Assembly (NCBI GenBank): GCA_963707505.1 | Contig: CAVPQB010000006.1 | Location: 416,001 to 480,000, forward strand | Direction of reading: 5' to 3' | DNA from: an uncultured Gemmatimonadales bacterium | GTDB lineage: Bacteria; Gemmatimonadota; Gemmatimonadetes; Gemmatimonadales; Gemmatimonadaceae | Length of the DNA: 64,000 nt | In this document: positions 29,357-38,920 of the stretch, piece after piece | Layout: each line of letters begins with the position of its first letter | How positions within the stretch are numbered: the stretch's first letter is position 1 | Position numbers and translations under genes: made by a program | Notes under the pieces: model-generated | The model's input: the letters and a program-made list of their open reading frames with translations, nothing else | The model's database searches: none | What the model was told of the DNA's origin: nothing

Positions 29357-29499
29357 GTTATCGAGCTTTGGACGTGATGGCAGCAGGAAGCTTCTCGGCA
29401 ACAGATGGATTCCCGCTTTCGCGGGAATGACGACGGGCGGATGGATTCCGCTTTCGCTTTCGCGGGAATGACGACGGGCGGCGCGGATACATCCGCGCC
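29329..29499. repeat. Cluster of REP-like GTCATTCCCGCGAAAGCGGGAATCCA palindromes
   Basis: Copies at 29329-29356 (+), 29405-29432 (-) and 29441-29473 (-, degenerate), plus hairpin GGCGCGGATACATCCGCGCC at 29480-29499. Confidence 0.85.
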
Positions 29500-29507
29500 T
29501 CTCGTCG

Positions 29508-31010
29508 CTAACCCGGGAAGTGGGGGTGCTCCGTGTATGCCGGACGGAGATCCGCAATCGGTATCGATTCGTCGGAAATATGCGTCGGAATCGGCGCCGC
29601 CGCCTGCTCTCGCTGCTCCGGATCTTCCATACGCTCGGTGCGCTCATCCGGCACGGCCAGCCGGCGCAAGGTAAGATCGATGCTGTCGATCGTCTCTATC
29701 TCGGCTACGGTCCCCGCTCCGAGATCGCGGAACCTCCGCGCCTGCGGCAGCACCTTGTGCTCCAGCGATCCCACCGCACTGTTGTACGCCTCCACGGACT
29801 TCTCGAGCCCGCGACGCAACGTGTCGAAGTGATTCGAGAAGGTGCTGATGCGGGCGTACATCTCGCGGCCCAGCGCGCTGATCTCTTCCGCGTTCTTCGC
29901 CACACGATCCTGCTGCCAGCCGTACGCGATCGATCGCAGCAGCGCAATCAGCGTCGTCGGACTGGACGGAATAACGTGCTGATCGACACCATACTCGATC
30001 AACCCAGGATCGTACTGCAGCGCAGCACTGAAGAACGTCTCGCCCGGAAGAAACATCACAACGAACTCCGGCGTCGATTCGAACTGGCCCCAGTACGCCT
30101 TCTGCCCAAGTTTGACCATGTGGTCGCGAACCTGACGCGAATGGTCGCGCATCAACCTCTCGCGCTCCAGCTCATCGTTGCACTCGGTTGCAGCGAGATA
30201 CGCCATCAATGGTGCCTTGGCGTCGACGATGATCACCTTTCCGCCAGGCAGTCGCACGGTGAGATCGGGACGCAGCCTGCCCTCTTCCGTATCCACGCTC
30301 GTCTGCTCGGCGAAATCGCAGTGATCCAGCATGCCAGCCATCTCGCACACGCGCTTTAGCTGCATCTCGCCCCAGCGGCCGCGCACGGTCGGCGCGCGCA
30401 GTGCGTCGCCGAGCTGCTTGGTGCGGCCGCTCAGCTCGCGCTGCGCCTCGCCCATCGAGCGGACCTGTTCGATCAACGACTCGTACGATCCAACGCGCGC
30501 AAGCTCGACCTTCTGCAGCGTGCCGTCCATCTTCTGGAGCGTTTCCTTTATTGGCGACACCAGCTCGGTTATCGCCTGCTGCCGCAGCTCCAGCTCGGAA
30601 GAATTGCTCTGCTGCATCTCCGTCAACGACGTGCGCGCAAGCTGCAGAAACGATTCACTGTTCTGCCGCAACGCTTCCGCCCCCATCGACTGAAACGCTT
30701 CGCGCAGCCGTACCTCCGCCTGCTCGATCACCGCGATCTTGTCAGCGCTGCTCTTGCGCTCCGCATCGAGTTGCGCTGCGAGCGCCGCACGTTTCACGTC
30801 GGCAGCGCCGAGCTGCTCCACTCGCAGCGTGAGCCGCGCAGCTTCAGCGCTCCGGATCTCGTAGCGCGCCGTGAGATCAGCGATCCTGCTCTGTAGCGTT
30901 CCCAATGACGCGCGCTGCCTGCCCGCTGCTGCCAGCCAGCCGAGTCCGACGCCGAGTAGCAGAAGACCGACGGCGACGCCGAGTGTGGTGATGGTGAATA
31001 TGTCAGACAC
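29508..31010 (-). CDS. rmuC: DNA recombination protein RmuC
   Basis: N-terminal TM, coiled coil, RGRWGEMQL, RPD..V.LPG..IIVDAK, EFVVMFLPGE, SPTTL. Confidence 0.92.
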   Translation of the reverse strand: MSDIFTITTLGVAVGLLLLGVGLGWLAAAGRQRASLGTLQSRIADLTARYEIRSAEAARLTLRVEQLGAADVKRAALAAQLDAERKSSADKIAVIEQAEVRLREAFQSMGAEALRQNSESFLQLARTSLTEMQQSNSSELELRQQAITELVSPIKETLQKMDGTLQKVELARVGSYESLIEQVRSMGEAQRELSGRTKQLGDALRAPTVRGRWGEMQLKRVCEMAGMLDHCDFAEQTSVDTEEGRLRPDLTVRLPGGKVIIVDAKAPLMAYLAATECNDELERERLMRDHSRQVRDHMVKLGQKAYWGQFESTPEFVVMFLPGETFFSAALQYDPGLIEYGVDQHVIPSSPTTLIALLRSIAYGWQQDRVAKNAEEISALGREMYARISTFSNHFDTLRRGLEKSVEAYNSAVGSLEHKVLPQARRFRDLGAGTVAEIETIDSIDLTLRRLAVPDERTERMEDPEQREQAAAPIPTHISDESIPIADLRPAYTEHPHFPG

Positions 31011-31530
31011 GGGACGCTCCCGACGCGGCGTGCGCCTCACCCCATACACGATCGCTCAGCTTGTAGCCCTTGAGCTTGGCGAGCTGCACGGCCTGCCCGA
31101 CATGCAGTGCAAGGTGAACCGTCGCGTTGACGAAGTCCTCGTACACCGTCCAGTGGCGCCCCTCCGGGTCGCGTGACGGTGCCGCGTAATCTTCCGGCGA
31201 CAGCGAATCCATCGCAACACGCACGTCGTCGACGGCGCGCTCGAGCTCGTCCAGGATCTCGCGCTTGGTGAGCCGGCGCGATGCGTCGAATTCTTCCGGG
31301 CGATTGCGGACATAGTCCGTACCGGCAATGTGCCGGCCGATGAAGTGTCTGAGGTTACCGGCGCAGTGCAACGCCAGCACCGCAACAGGATTGACACCGG
31401 GTGCCGGCTGCCACCAGATCGATTCGTCGTCGAAGGGCTCGATCGCCGCCTTCATCATCAACGGAAGCGCCCCTGTGAGCCGGCTGCGCACCGCGGAGAC
31501 CCGAAGGTTCTGAGGTAGAGGAGTTGTCAT
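31003..31530 (-). CDS. DinB/DUF1572-family protein
   Basis: NPVAVLALHCAGNL, R.R..EF, HLALHVGQ. Confidence 0.75.
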   Translation of the reverse strand: MTTPLPQNLRVSAVRSRLTGALPLMMKAAIEPFDDESIWWQPAPGVNPVAVLALHCAGNLRHFIGRHIAGTDYVRNRPEEFDASRRLTKREILDELERAVDDVRVAMDSLSPEDYAAPSRDPEGRHWTVYEDFVNATVHLALHVGQAVQLAKLKGYKLSDRVWGEAHAASGASRV

Positions 31531-31702
31531 TCGTCCTGCCGTTTTTGAAAATGGAAGGCGCGAATGCATCCACGCCGTCTGGGCCCGCGAAATTCACCCG
31601 CGTCGCTCGGTCACATGAAACACGACAGTCCGAGGTGATGTTACGTAACATTGGATCCGATACTTGTTTTGCAAATTTTTCCCGCACCATTTCGGATCGA
31701 TA

Positions 31703-32190
31703 ATGCGTACCGATTCCGACCGTAACGATCGTACCGAACAGGCCGGAAATACCGGCGATCTCTCGACCGACACGTTCCGAAAGCACGGTCACGAGACGAT
31801 CGACTGGATCGCCGAATACCTGGAAGATCCCACTCGATCCCCCGTTCTGTCACAATCCCGCCCAGGCGATACCATCGCCTCCGTCCCCGGCATGCTCGGC
31901 GAGCTGCTCGCGCCGGTAGCGGAACGAGAGGCTGCGAATCCAGGGATCAGGGAGAAGGGACCGCTGGACGCGATGATGTCCCTATACTGCGCGTGTACTG
32001 TTGCGATCAGGCGCACTCATCCGTGGACAACGGGGCGATCACGGTTGGCTACGGCCACGGCGCCGAGCGCGCGCGCAGGAGTTCGCGTCGTGGATCGAGG
32101 CGGAAGCCGATTGGGAGATCATGCGCGAGGCGCGTACTCGATAGGCGCTTGGACACGCGCCACGGTTCATCATTCCGGACGCTGGCGAAG
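31703..32190 (+). pseudogene. Collapsed remnant of a PLP-dependent aromatic-L-amino-acid decarboxylase
   Basis: Ordered fragments GDLSTDTFRKHGHETIDWIAEYL..PVLSQSRPGD, PGMLGELL, YCCDQAHSSVD.GAIT.G and AQEFASWIEAEADWE, in different frames. Confidence 0.7.
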
Positions 32191-32216
32191 GCCTTCCGAA
32201 AATGCTACGATCACGC

Positions 32217-32792
32217 GTGGAGACTGACCTCGACAGGCTGATCCAGCGGGCGGAATCGGAGCAGGGCTCGGCGGATGAGCTATTCGCGTTGCTCTACCAG
32301 GAGCTGCATCGGCTCGCCGAGCACAACCTCAGACGCAGCAACGCCACCATCACGCTCGACGCCACGACGCTGCTGCACGAGGCATATCTCAACATCTCGG
32401 GACGCAAGGACGTCGCGTTCGCGGATCAGCCGTCCTTCCTCGCCTACGCGTCCCGCGCGATGCGCGGACTGGTCATCGATTACGCGCGGCGCCGGCGTGC
32501 GCTCAAGCGCGGCCGTCAGCTCGAGATCACCCTCGCCGAAGATGAACAACCGTCGGACGATTCTGTGCGACGAGCGCAGGAGCTCGAACAACTTGGCGAC
32601 GCGATCGACGAGCTCGCGGTTCTCGATCCAGCGCTCGCCGAGCTGGTAGATCTGCACTTCTTCTGCGGCTTCACGTTCACGGAGATCGCCACGTTTCGCG
32701 GATCGTCGGAGCGGACGGTGCAACGTGATTGGCGAAAGGCGCGACTGCTGCTGCAACATTCGCTGATGGACGACGAGGGCGAGCAGGTGTAA
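32217..32792 (+). CDS. ECF-type sigma factor (TIGR02999-like, kinase-associated)
   Basis: LYQELHRLA, TLDATTLLHEAYL, AMR..IDYAR, SERTVQRDW.KAR. Confidence 0.88.
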   Translation: METDLDRLIQRAESEQGSADELFALLYQELHRLAEHNLRRSNATITLDATTLLHEAYLNISGRKDVAFADQPSFLAYASRAMRGLVIDYARRRRALKRGRQLEITLAEDEQPSDDSVRRAQELEQLGDAIDELAVLDPALAELVDLHFFCGFTFTEIATFRGSSERTVQRDWRKARLLLQHSLMDDEGEQV

Positions 32793-32847
32793 TCGGATCG
32801 GGATTGACGCCAGCATGTTGGACTTGCGGCGAACCCGGCGCTTTCTC

Positions 32848-35481
32848 CTATCGCTGCAACGCGGCAATCAACATCTCCGCTTCACGCGTCCGCGGATGTT
32901 CAGCACCAGCACCGTTGCGCAACTCCACCACCGAACGCGCAAGCGTCGCACGTGCACCCGATGTGTCGCCGCTCGCCAGCATCGCGCGCGCCTCTACAAG
33001 CCGCGCTTCGCCGACATGCGCACTCCGCGTCTCCGTGAGCGAATCCAGTGTGGCCTTTGCGCGCGCGTCGCGTGCGTAACCGAGAGCCTCGGTCGGATGG
33101 CCCAGCGCGAGCGCAGTCTCCGCCGCGAGGATGAGCGTCGAGTGAAAGGTCTTTCTGCGCGTGCCCTTGAAGTAGCCGTTCGATCGCAGGACCTGCACTA
33201 TCAACGCATGCGCCGATGCCGTATCGCCTGCCTGTAACTGGAGCAGTGCGTCCAGCATTCTGCGATCCATCACCTGATCGTCGCTGCTCCACGTCGCCTG
33301 GTGTGCGGCGAGCTGATCGAACCGCGCCGTCGTGCGTCGCGCGCCAGCGACATCGCCGAGTAACAGTTGCGCCTGCGCAAGACCGAACAGACCGCGTCCC
33401 TCCCAGTATGTGTTTTTCTGCGGTACGGCCTGACTCGCGAGCAACGCGAAATATTTCTTGGCGGAATCGGCGTGCCATTCAAACAGAGCTGTGTGCGCAT
33501 AATGGATGAGCGGCTGCGTTGGAATGTCGCCGGTTGGGTCGCTCCGCCTCATGCGTCCCAGCAAGTCATGCAGTGAACGCTCCGCCGCGGCAATCTCACC
33601 GAGACCAATCAGCGTCACGGCGCGGTCGTGCTGAAGGATCGCCCGCGTCATGGTTTCGCCCCTGCCGCTCCGGTCGAGAATGGCCATCGCGCTGTCGTAG
33701 GTCGTGAGCGATTGGCGATGCCGGCCCTGCTCGTCCAGTGCGTCTGCGAGAGTTGAAAACAGCCCGACGTACGCCATGTCCTTCGTCTCGCCGAGGCTGT
33801 CTCGGATGAAGATGGCGCGGCGGATCGCAGGCGCCGCGCGCTCATGATCAGGGCCCGCCTCATTCTCCAGATCCGCCAGCGTCTGGAGACATGTCACTTC
33901 CGCGCGCGGGTTCGGCGTGGCGCGCAGCATCGACTCGGCGCTATCCATCAACCGGTTTGCGTCGTCGTAGCGCCCCTGCGTGCGCAGATTGTCCACGATG
34001 TCGCAACGTGCCTCGATCAGCTGACCACGATCTCCCGTTGCCTTCGCCAGTGAGTCGGCGCGTGCGAGCAGCGTTCCGCGAATCTTGCTATCGCCCAACT
34101 CTGCGTAACGCGCGGACAGCTGGAGCAGGATCGGTGTGAGCAGACGCGGATCACCGCTGTACTCTCGCTCGAGTGCATTACGCGAGCGATCCAGGATCTC
34201 GCGCATGGTGATCGGCCTGTCGCCGATCTGCGACATGAGCTGCGACTGGAACTCGACCTGCGCATCCGCGCGCCGGCTTTCGTACAACGCAGCGTCCCGC
34301 TGCCGTCGCGCTTCACGCATCTGCACAAGCGAGAAAACCGTGGCAGCGAGCACGGCCATCGACGCGATCGTCGCGCCAGCCACTCCAGCGCGATGTCTGC
34401 GAACGAACTTCCGTGTGCGGTACGCGAGTGAATCACCCCGTGCGCGCACCGGCTCGTGACGCAGATAGCGACGGAGATCGTCTGCGAATACATCCACGGT
34501 CTGATACCGCAGACGCGGTTCCTTGTGCAGTGCCTTGGCGAGAATGCTGTCGAGATCGCCGAGCCCGAGCCGCGCCACACGCACTTCGCGTAGCGCGCGA
34601 ACCGTATCCGCGGGTGTACGGCATCCCATCGCGGTTGGGTGGTGACCGGAGATCAGCATGTACAGGAGCACGCCCGCGGCGTACACATCCGTCGCAGTCG
34701 TGACCGGCTCGCCGGATACCTGTTCCGGCGCTGCGAATTCCGGCGTCAACACGCGCGTCGTCTCAATCGTGAGTGCACCGGACTCGTCGTCGATGTCGCT
34801 ACTCAGCAACTTGGCGATGCCGAAGTCGAGCAGCTTCACTGTACCGTCGTGAGTCACCAGAATGTTTGACGGCTTGATGTCGCGGTGCACGATGAGATTC
34901 GCGTGCGCGTGACCGACTGCGGCGAGCATGTCGAGCACGAGCTCGATTCGCGCTTCGGGCGAGAGCTCGTGCTCCTCGGCGTAGCTGTCGATGCGCACGC
35001 CATCCACGTATTCGAGCACGAGATATGGCTGACCGCCGGGCGTCACACCCGCATCCATCAGTCTTGCGATTCCCGGGTGCGTGAGCCGCGCGAGCACCGA
35101 CCCCTCGCGCCGGAAGCGTGCCTCGCCGGACGGACTCAGCAGTCCAAGGTTGAGCAGCTTGACCGCCGCATACCCATCGAACTGTCCATCGGTGCGGCGC
35201 GCGAGCCACACGGTGCCCATGCCGCCGGCGCCTATCTGCCGTTCGAGGGTGTAGGCGCCGAGCCGGAGCCCGTCCAGCTTCGCGCCGACCATCTCGGTGA
35301 GGAATCCGCGCCGGTCGGCGGTGCTCTCGCCAGATAGCAGCAGGGCGAGATCCGCCGCGAGTGCCGGTGATTGCGCGCGCAGCTCGTCCATCCACGACTC
35401 GCGCTCTTCGACAGTCAAATCCAGAGCGCGGTCGAGAAGCGGTTCGAGAACTTGCCAGCGGTCGCGATCGATGGTGCCCAT
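32848..35481 (-). CDS. Membrane Ser/Thr protein kinase with C-terminal TPR-like region
   Basis: GAGGMG.V, AVK, HRDIKPSN, DFG, APE, TM segment, helical repeats. Confidence 0.92.
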   Translation of the reverse strand: MGTIDRDRWQVLEPLLDRALDLTVEERESWMDELRAQSPALAADLALLLSGESTADRRGFLTEMVGAKLDGLRLGAYTLERQIGAGGMGTVWLARRTDGQFDGYAAVKLLNLGLLSPSGEARFRREGSVLARLTHPGIARLMDAGVTPGGQPYLVLEYVDGVRIDSYAEEHELSPEARIELVLDMLAAVGHAHANLIVHRDIKPSNILVTHDGTVKLLDFGIAKLLSSDIDDESGALTIETTRVLTPEFAAPEQVSGEPVTTATDVYAAGVLLYMLISGHHPTAMGCRTPADTVRALREVRVARLGLGDLDSILAKALHKEPRLRYQTVDVFADDLRRYLRHEPVRARGDSLAYRTRKFVRRHRAGVAGATIASMAVLAATVFSLVQMREARRQRDAALYESRRADAQVEFQSQLMSQIGDRPITMREILDRSRNALEREYSGDPRLLTPILLQLSARYAELGDSKIRGTLLARADSLAKATGDRGQLIEARCDIVDNLRTQGRYDDANRLMDSAESMLRATPNPRAEVTCLQTLADLENEAGPDHERAAPAIRRAIFIRDSLGETKDMAYVGLFSTLADALDEQGRHRQSLTTYDSAMAILDRSGRGETMTRAILQHDRAVTLIGLGEIAAAERSLHDLLGRMRRSDPTGDIPTQPLIHYAHTALFEWHADSAKKYFALLASQAVPQKNTYWEGRGLFGLAQAQLLLGDVAGARRTTARFDQLAAHQATWSSDDQVMDRRMLDALLQLQAGDTASAHALIVQVLRSNGYFKGTRRKTFHSTLILAAETALALGHPTEALGYARDARAKATLDSLTETRSAHVGEARLVEARAMLASGDTSGARATLARSVVELRNGAGAEHPRTREAEMLIAALQR

Positions 35482-35665
35482 CGTCGGTCTCCCTTGCGTG
35501 GGCTCTCGGCAAAGTATGCTCTTCGCCGGGCTTCCGGACAAGTCCCGGAAACGCCTCGGCCAGTTCGCGGCGGGTTTGGGGGCCGAATTCCGATTATATG
35601 ATTGCGCGGCTCATGATGTGTGCTGGGTTGGTCGCACCATCTCATACCTAATTGGTGATTCAGAC

Positions 35666-36148
35666 ATGAAGTCCCAAACGGTGCCAACGTTCATTTCCGG
35701 ATTTCTTTTGATTGCAGGCGCAGCCGCCGCCTCTGCACAGGCGCCCGCTAACGCACCCGTGCATTCGGCAACAGAGGTCAAGTGGGGGCCGGCACCGCCC
35801 GTTCTGCCGCCAGCGGCGAAGATCGCCGTGCTCGAAGGCAATCCGTTTGGCAGCGGCGTGTACACGCTGCGGCTGCGGATGCCGGACGGTTACATCGTGC
35901 CGCCACACTTTCATCCGACGGATGAGATGGTGACGGTGATCAGCGGCAACCTTCTCTTCGCCGATGGCGACGACATCGATCGTAGCAAGACAGCGAAGCT
36001 CACGCAGGGTGGATTCGTCACCGCAGCGGCCAACATGCACCACTATGTGATCGCGCGCGGGCCGACGGTCGTGCAGGTGCACGGTGTGGGGCCGTTCGCG
36101 ATTACCTACGTGCACGCCGCGGACGATCCGCGCAACAAGAGCAAGTGA
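35666..36148 (+). CDS. Exported cupin-domain protein
   Basis: Signal peptide, PPHFHPTDE, MHHY cupin motifs. Confidence 0.8.
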   Translation: MKSQTVPTFISGFLLIAGAAAASAQAPANAPVHSATEVKWGPAPPVLPPAAKIAVLEGNPFGSGVYTLRLRMPDGYIVPPHFHPTDEMVTVISGNLLFADGDDIDRSKTAKLTQGGFVTAAANMHHYVIARGPTVVQVHGVGPFAITYVHAADDPRNKSK

Positions 36149-37536
36149 TGCGCCGCGGATTGCGTACCACACCAGCCGCGATCGCGGGAGCCATTCTCAT
36201 ACTCTTTGGTTGCACCGACCAGCAACCGACCGACCCCGCGAGTGTCGCCCCCACCGCTCAGCGCAATGGCGGTAGTTCGTCTGATACTGCCCTGTCACCG
36301 CGGCTCGTGCGCCAGCTCGCCGCTGGTCGCGGGATTGGGCGGCTCGACGATCCGCCCCACGTGCGACCGGCGCTCGCAGAACTCGGGCAGGCACTGATGT
36401 TCGATCCGATTTTGAGTGGCAATCACGACGTCAGCTGCGCAACGTGCCACATGGCGGCGTTCAGTACGGGCGATGGACGAAGCCTCTCGGTCGGTGCCGG
36501 TGGAACCGGTGCTGGACCCAACCGTACGCACCCCGATGGCGTGTTCATTCCACGCAACGCGCCGCCGGTGTTCGATCTGGCGCAGCTGCGGCACATGTTC
36601 TGGGATGGACGTGTGGAGACCGATGGCCACGGTCACTTCGTTACACCGGCCCAATCGCAGCTGACACCGTCGATGCAGCGCGTGCTCGAGTTTGGCGCGA
36701 TATCGGCGCAGCCGATGTTTCCCGTCACTGCACGCACCGAGATGCGTGGCCAGTCTGGCAACGAGCTGACGGAGATCGCCGACAACGACTACACCGATAT
36801 CTGGTCGGGCCTGATGCGACGGCTCGGCACAATTCCGAAGTATCGCAGGTTGTTCGAGCGGGCGTATCCAGGAAAACGATTCGACGACATGAACTTCGCG
36901 TACGCATCGAATGCGATCGCGGGCTTCCTCGTGTCGAATTTCACGATGAACAATTCGCCGTGGGATCGGTTTCTTGCTGGGCACGACAACGCACTCACGC
37001 CGCAGCAGCTCGAGGGTGCGCGTTCGTTCCTCACACTCAAGTGCTCGATCTGCCACAACGGCCCGACGTTCAGCGACGACAAGTTCCACGACGTGGCAGT
37101 CGCGCAGATCGGACCAGGGCAGGGTGAGGGTCTGCAGGGGCGCGACGATTTCGGACGCATGAACGTGACCGGCAATCCCGCGGACAAGTATCTCTTCCGC
37201 ACCACTCCGCTGCGCAACGTAGAGCTCACCGGCCCTTACGGCCACGACGGCTCGATAATGACCTTGGAGGGATTCGTCGCGCACTACAGCGAGTCCGACG
37301 TGAAGCTCAGGACGTACGATCCGTCGCAGCTCGAGCCGGATCTCCGGAGTACCGTGCTCGACAATACGGCGGGCGTACTCGCGCAGCGCGACACTCTATT
37401 GAACGGCGTCGTGCTGACACCGCAGCTGGTGGACAATCTCGTCGCCTACATGCGCGCGCTCACCGATCCCGCAGCGCGGAATCTGAACAGGTTCGTACCG
37501 AAGAAAGTGCCGAGCGGGCTGCCGGTAGGGCAGTAG
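36145..37536 (+). CDS. Di-heme cytochrome c peroxidase / MauG-family lipoprotein
   Basis: CATCH and CSICH heme motifs, RNAP, FWDGR, FRTTPLRNV..TGPYGHDG. Confidence 0.88.
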   Translation: MMRRGLRTTPAAIAGAILILFGCTDQQPTDPASVAPTAQRNGGSSSDTALSPRLVRQLAAGRGIGRLDDPPHVRPALAELGQALMFDPILSGNHDVSCATCHMAAFSTGDGRSLSVGAGGTGAGPNRTHPDGVFIPRNAPPVFDLAQLRHMFWDGRVETDGHGHFVTPAQSQLTPSMQRVLEFGAISAQPMFPVTARTEMRGQSGNELTEIADNDYTDIWSGLMRRLGTIPKYRRLFERAYPGKRFDDMNFAYASNAIAGFLVSNFTMNNSPWDRFLAGHDNALTPQQLEGARSFLTLKCSICHNGPTFSDDKFHDVAVAQIGPGQGEGLQGRDDFGRMNVTGNPADKYLFRTTPLRNVELTGPYGHDGSIMTLEGFVAHYSESDVKLRTYDPSQLEPDLRSTVLDNTAGVLAQRDTLLNGVVLTPQLVDNLVAYMRALTDPAARNLNRFVPKKVPSGLPVGQ

Positions 37537-37550
37537 ATGGCTTGTTGTTG

Positions 37551-37588
37551 AATGCGGCCCCCGAATAATATCGGGGGCCGCATTTTAT
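37551..37588. terminator. Intrinsic terminator between convergent genes
   Basis: 14-bp stem AATGCGGCCCCCGA / TCGGGGGCCGCATT followed by a T-rich tail. Confidence 0.75.
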
Positions 37589-37615
37589 TCACTCCTCAAT
37601 CACGCCAGCCTCGCC

Positions 37616-38092
37616 TTAATACCTGCGACGATGGGCGCCGTTCTGCTGGTACTGCTGGTTCTGAGGGTACTGCTGATTCGTGCCAGGCAGAACCTTTCCC
37701 GTGCGACCATTCGGCGTAACGGGGTTTGGGAAGCCCGGAATCACTGGCGATGACGGGTACCGTGCCGCGCTGCGCGACGGGTATCCGTTGCCAGTGCGAT
37801 ATCGTCCGTCATTGTCGTGGCCGTTTCTGTAATACCCGTTCTTGTAATTCTTGTTTTTTTCCTTGTCCTTGTGATGCGCTTTCTTGTGGTGCCCGTTGTC
37901 GTAGCGCTCGTTATCGTAGCGCTCGTTGTTGTAGCGCCCATTGTCGTAGCGTCCGTTGTTGTACTGCCACTCGGAGTGGTCGCGGTGGCCTGGACGCTGC
38001 GCACCTGCTGGCGTTGATGCTGCCAGCATCGCGAGTGGAACGGCCACCACGCTTGCAGCCTTGAGCACGGTACTGATGAACTTTGCGGTCAT
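37616..38092 (-). CDS. Secreted low-complexity protein with five Y(D/N)N(G/E)R-type repeats
   Basis: GGAGG RBS, signal peptide, 15-bp tandem repeat at ~37889-37963. Confidence 0.7.
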   Translation of the reverse strand: MTAKFISTVLKAASVVAVPLAMLAASTPAGAQRPGHRDHSEWQYNNGRYDNGRYNNERYDNERYDNGHHKKAHHKDKEKNKNYKNGYYRNGHDNDGRYRTGNGYPSRSAARYPSSPVIPGFPNPVTPNGRTGKVLPGTNQQYPQNQQYQQNGAHRRRY

Positions 38093-38395
38093 AACATTTC
38101 CTCCAGTTGGCACGGTTCTACACCAGATCGGTTGGTTCCTTCCACCGTTCTGTAACATATACATGCGCAAGCTCCGTGCTAAGCCGCCATGCACGAACAT
38201 TCGCGTGAATCAGCTCTGAAGCTGTCATGAAACTGACAACCGGCGTGTAACAATCGTATGCACGCCTTCCTACATGTCAGGAAGCTGTCACGAGCTCGGG
38301 ATCGTGCGCTAACTTTCTGGTACGGCGGCGTGGTGTGGATGCGCACGCAACACACGTGATCGAGCCGCGTACTCTTCAATCTGTGAGCGAACACA

Positions 38396-38863
38396 ATGGA
38401 TTCGACGAGCAAGTTTCAGAAGCCGAGTGACGAGGAGCTGAGAAGGAAGCTCTCGCCGGAGCAGTATCGCGTCACGCAGCATGAAGGCACCGAGCGGCCG
38501 TTCACGAACGAGTACAACGACAATCACGAAGCAGGCATCTACGTGGACGTCGTATCCGGCGAGCCGCTCTTCAGCTCGCTCGACAAGTTCGACGCGCATT
38601 GTGGATGGCCGAGTTTTACGAAGCCGCTCGATGAAGCAGGCGTCACGACCAGAACCGACAACAAGCTCGGCATGGCGCGCACCGAAGTGCGATCTGCGCA
38701 GGCTGATTCACATCTGGGGCATGTGTTCGATGACGGCCCCGGCCCGACGGGCCTGCGTTACTGCATGAACTCCGCGTCGATGCGCTTTGTGCCGGTGGCA
38801 AAGTTGGAGGAGGAAGGGTACGGCGAGTGGTTGAAGTTGTTTGGGGGAGAAGGGAAGAAGTAG
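38396..38863 (+). CDS. msrB: Peptide-methionine (R)-S-oxide reductase
   Basis: [27 protein letters not shown]. Confidence 0.95.
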   Translation: MDSTSKFQKPSDEELRRKLSPEQYRVTQHEGTERPFTNEYNDNHEAGIYVDVVSGEPLFSSLDKFDAHCGWPSFTKPLDEAGVTTRTDNKLGMARTEVRSAQADSHLGHVFDDGPGPTGLRYCMNSASMRFVPVAKLEEEGYGEWLKLFGGEGKK

Positions 38864-38920
38864 TCGGCTGGCGTTCCCGCACTCCTCGTCATCCGCGCGT
38901 TCGCGGGGATGACGACTTTG

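Noticed and set aside
29357..29647. 97-aa N-terminal extension of the permease and the 29405-29674 ORF
   Set aside because: These are translations of REP palindromes (VIPAKAGI / MDSRFRGND) and overlap rmuC.
38163..38182. Sigma54-like promoter for the 38092 gene
   Set aside because: It reads TAGCAC-N5-TTGC and lacks the invariant -24 GG.
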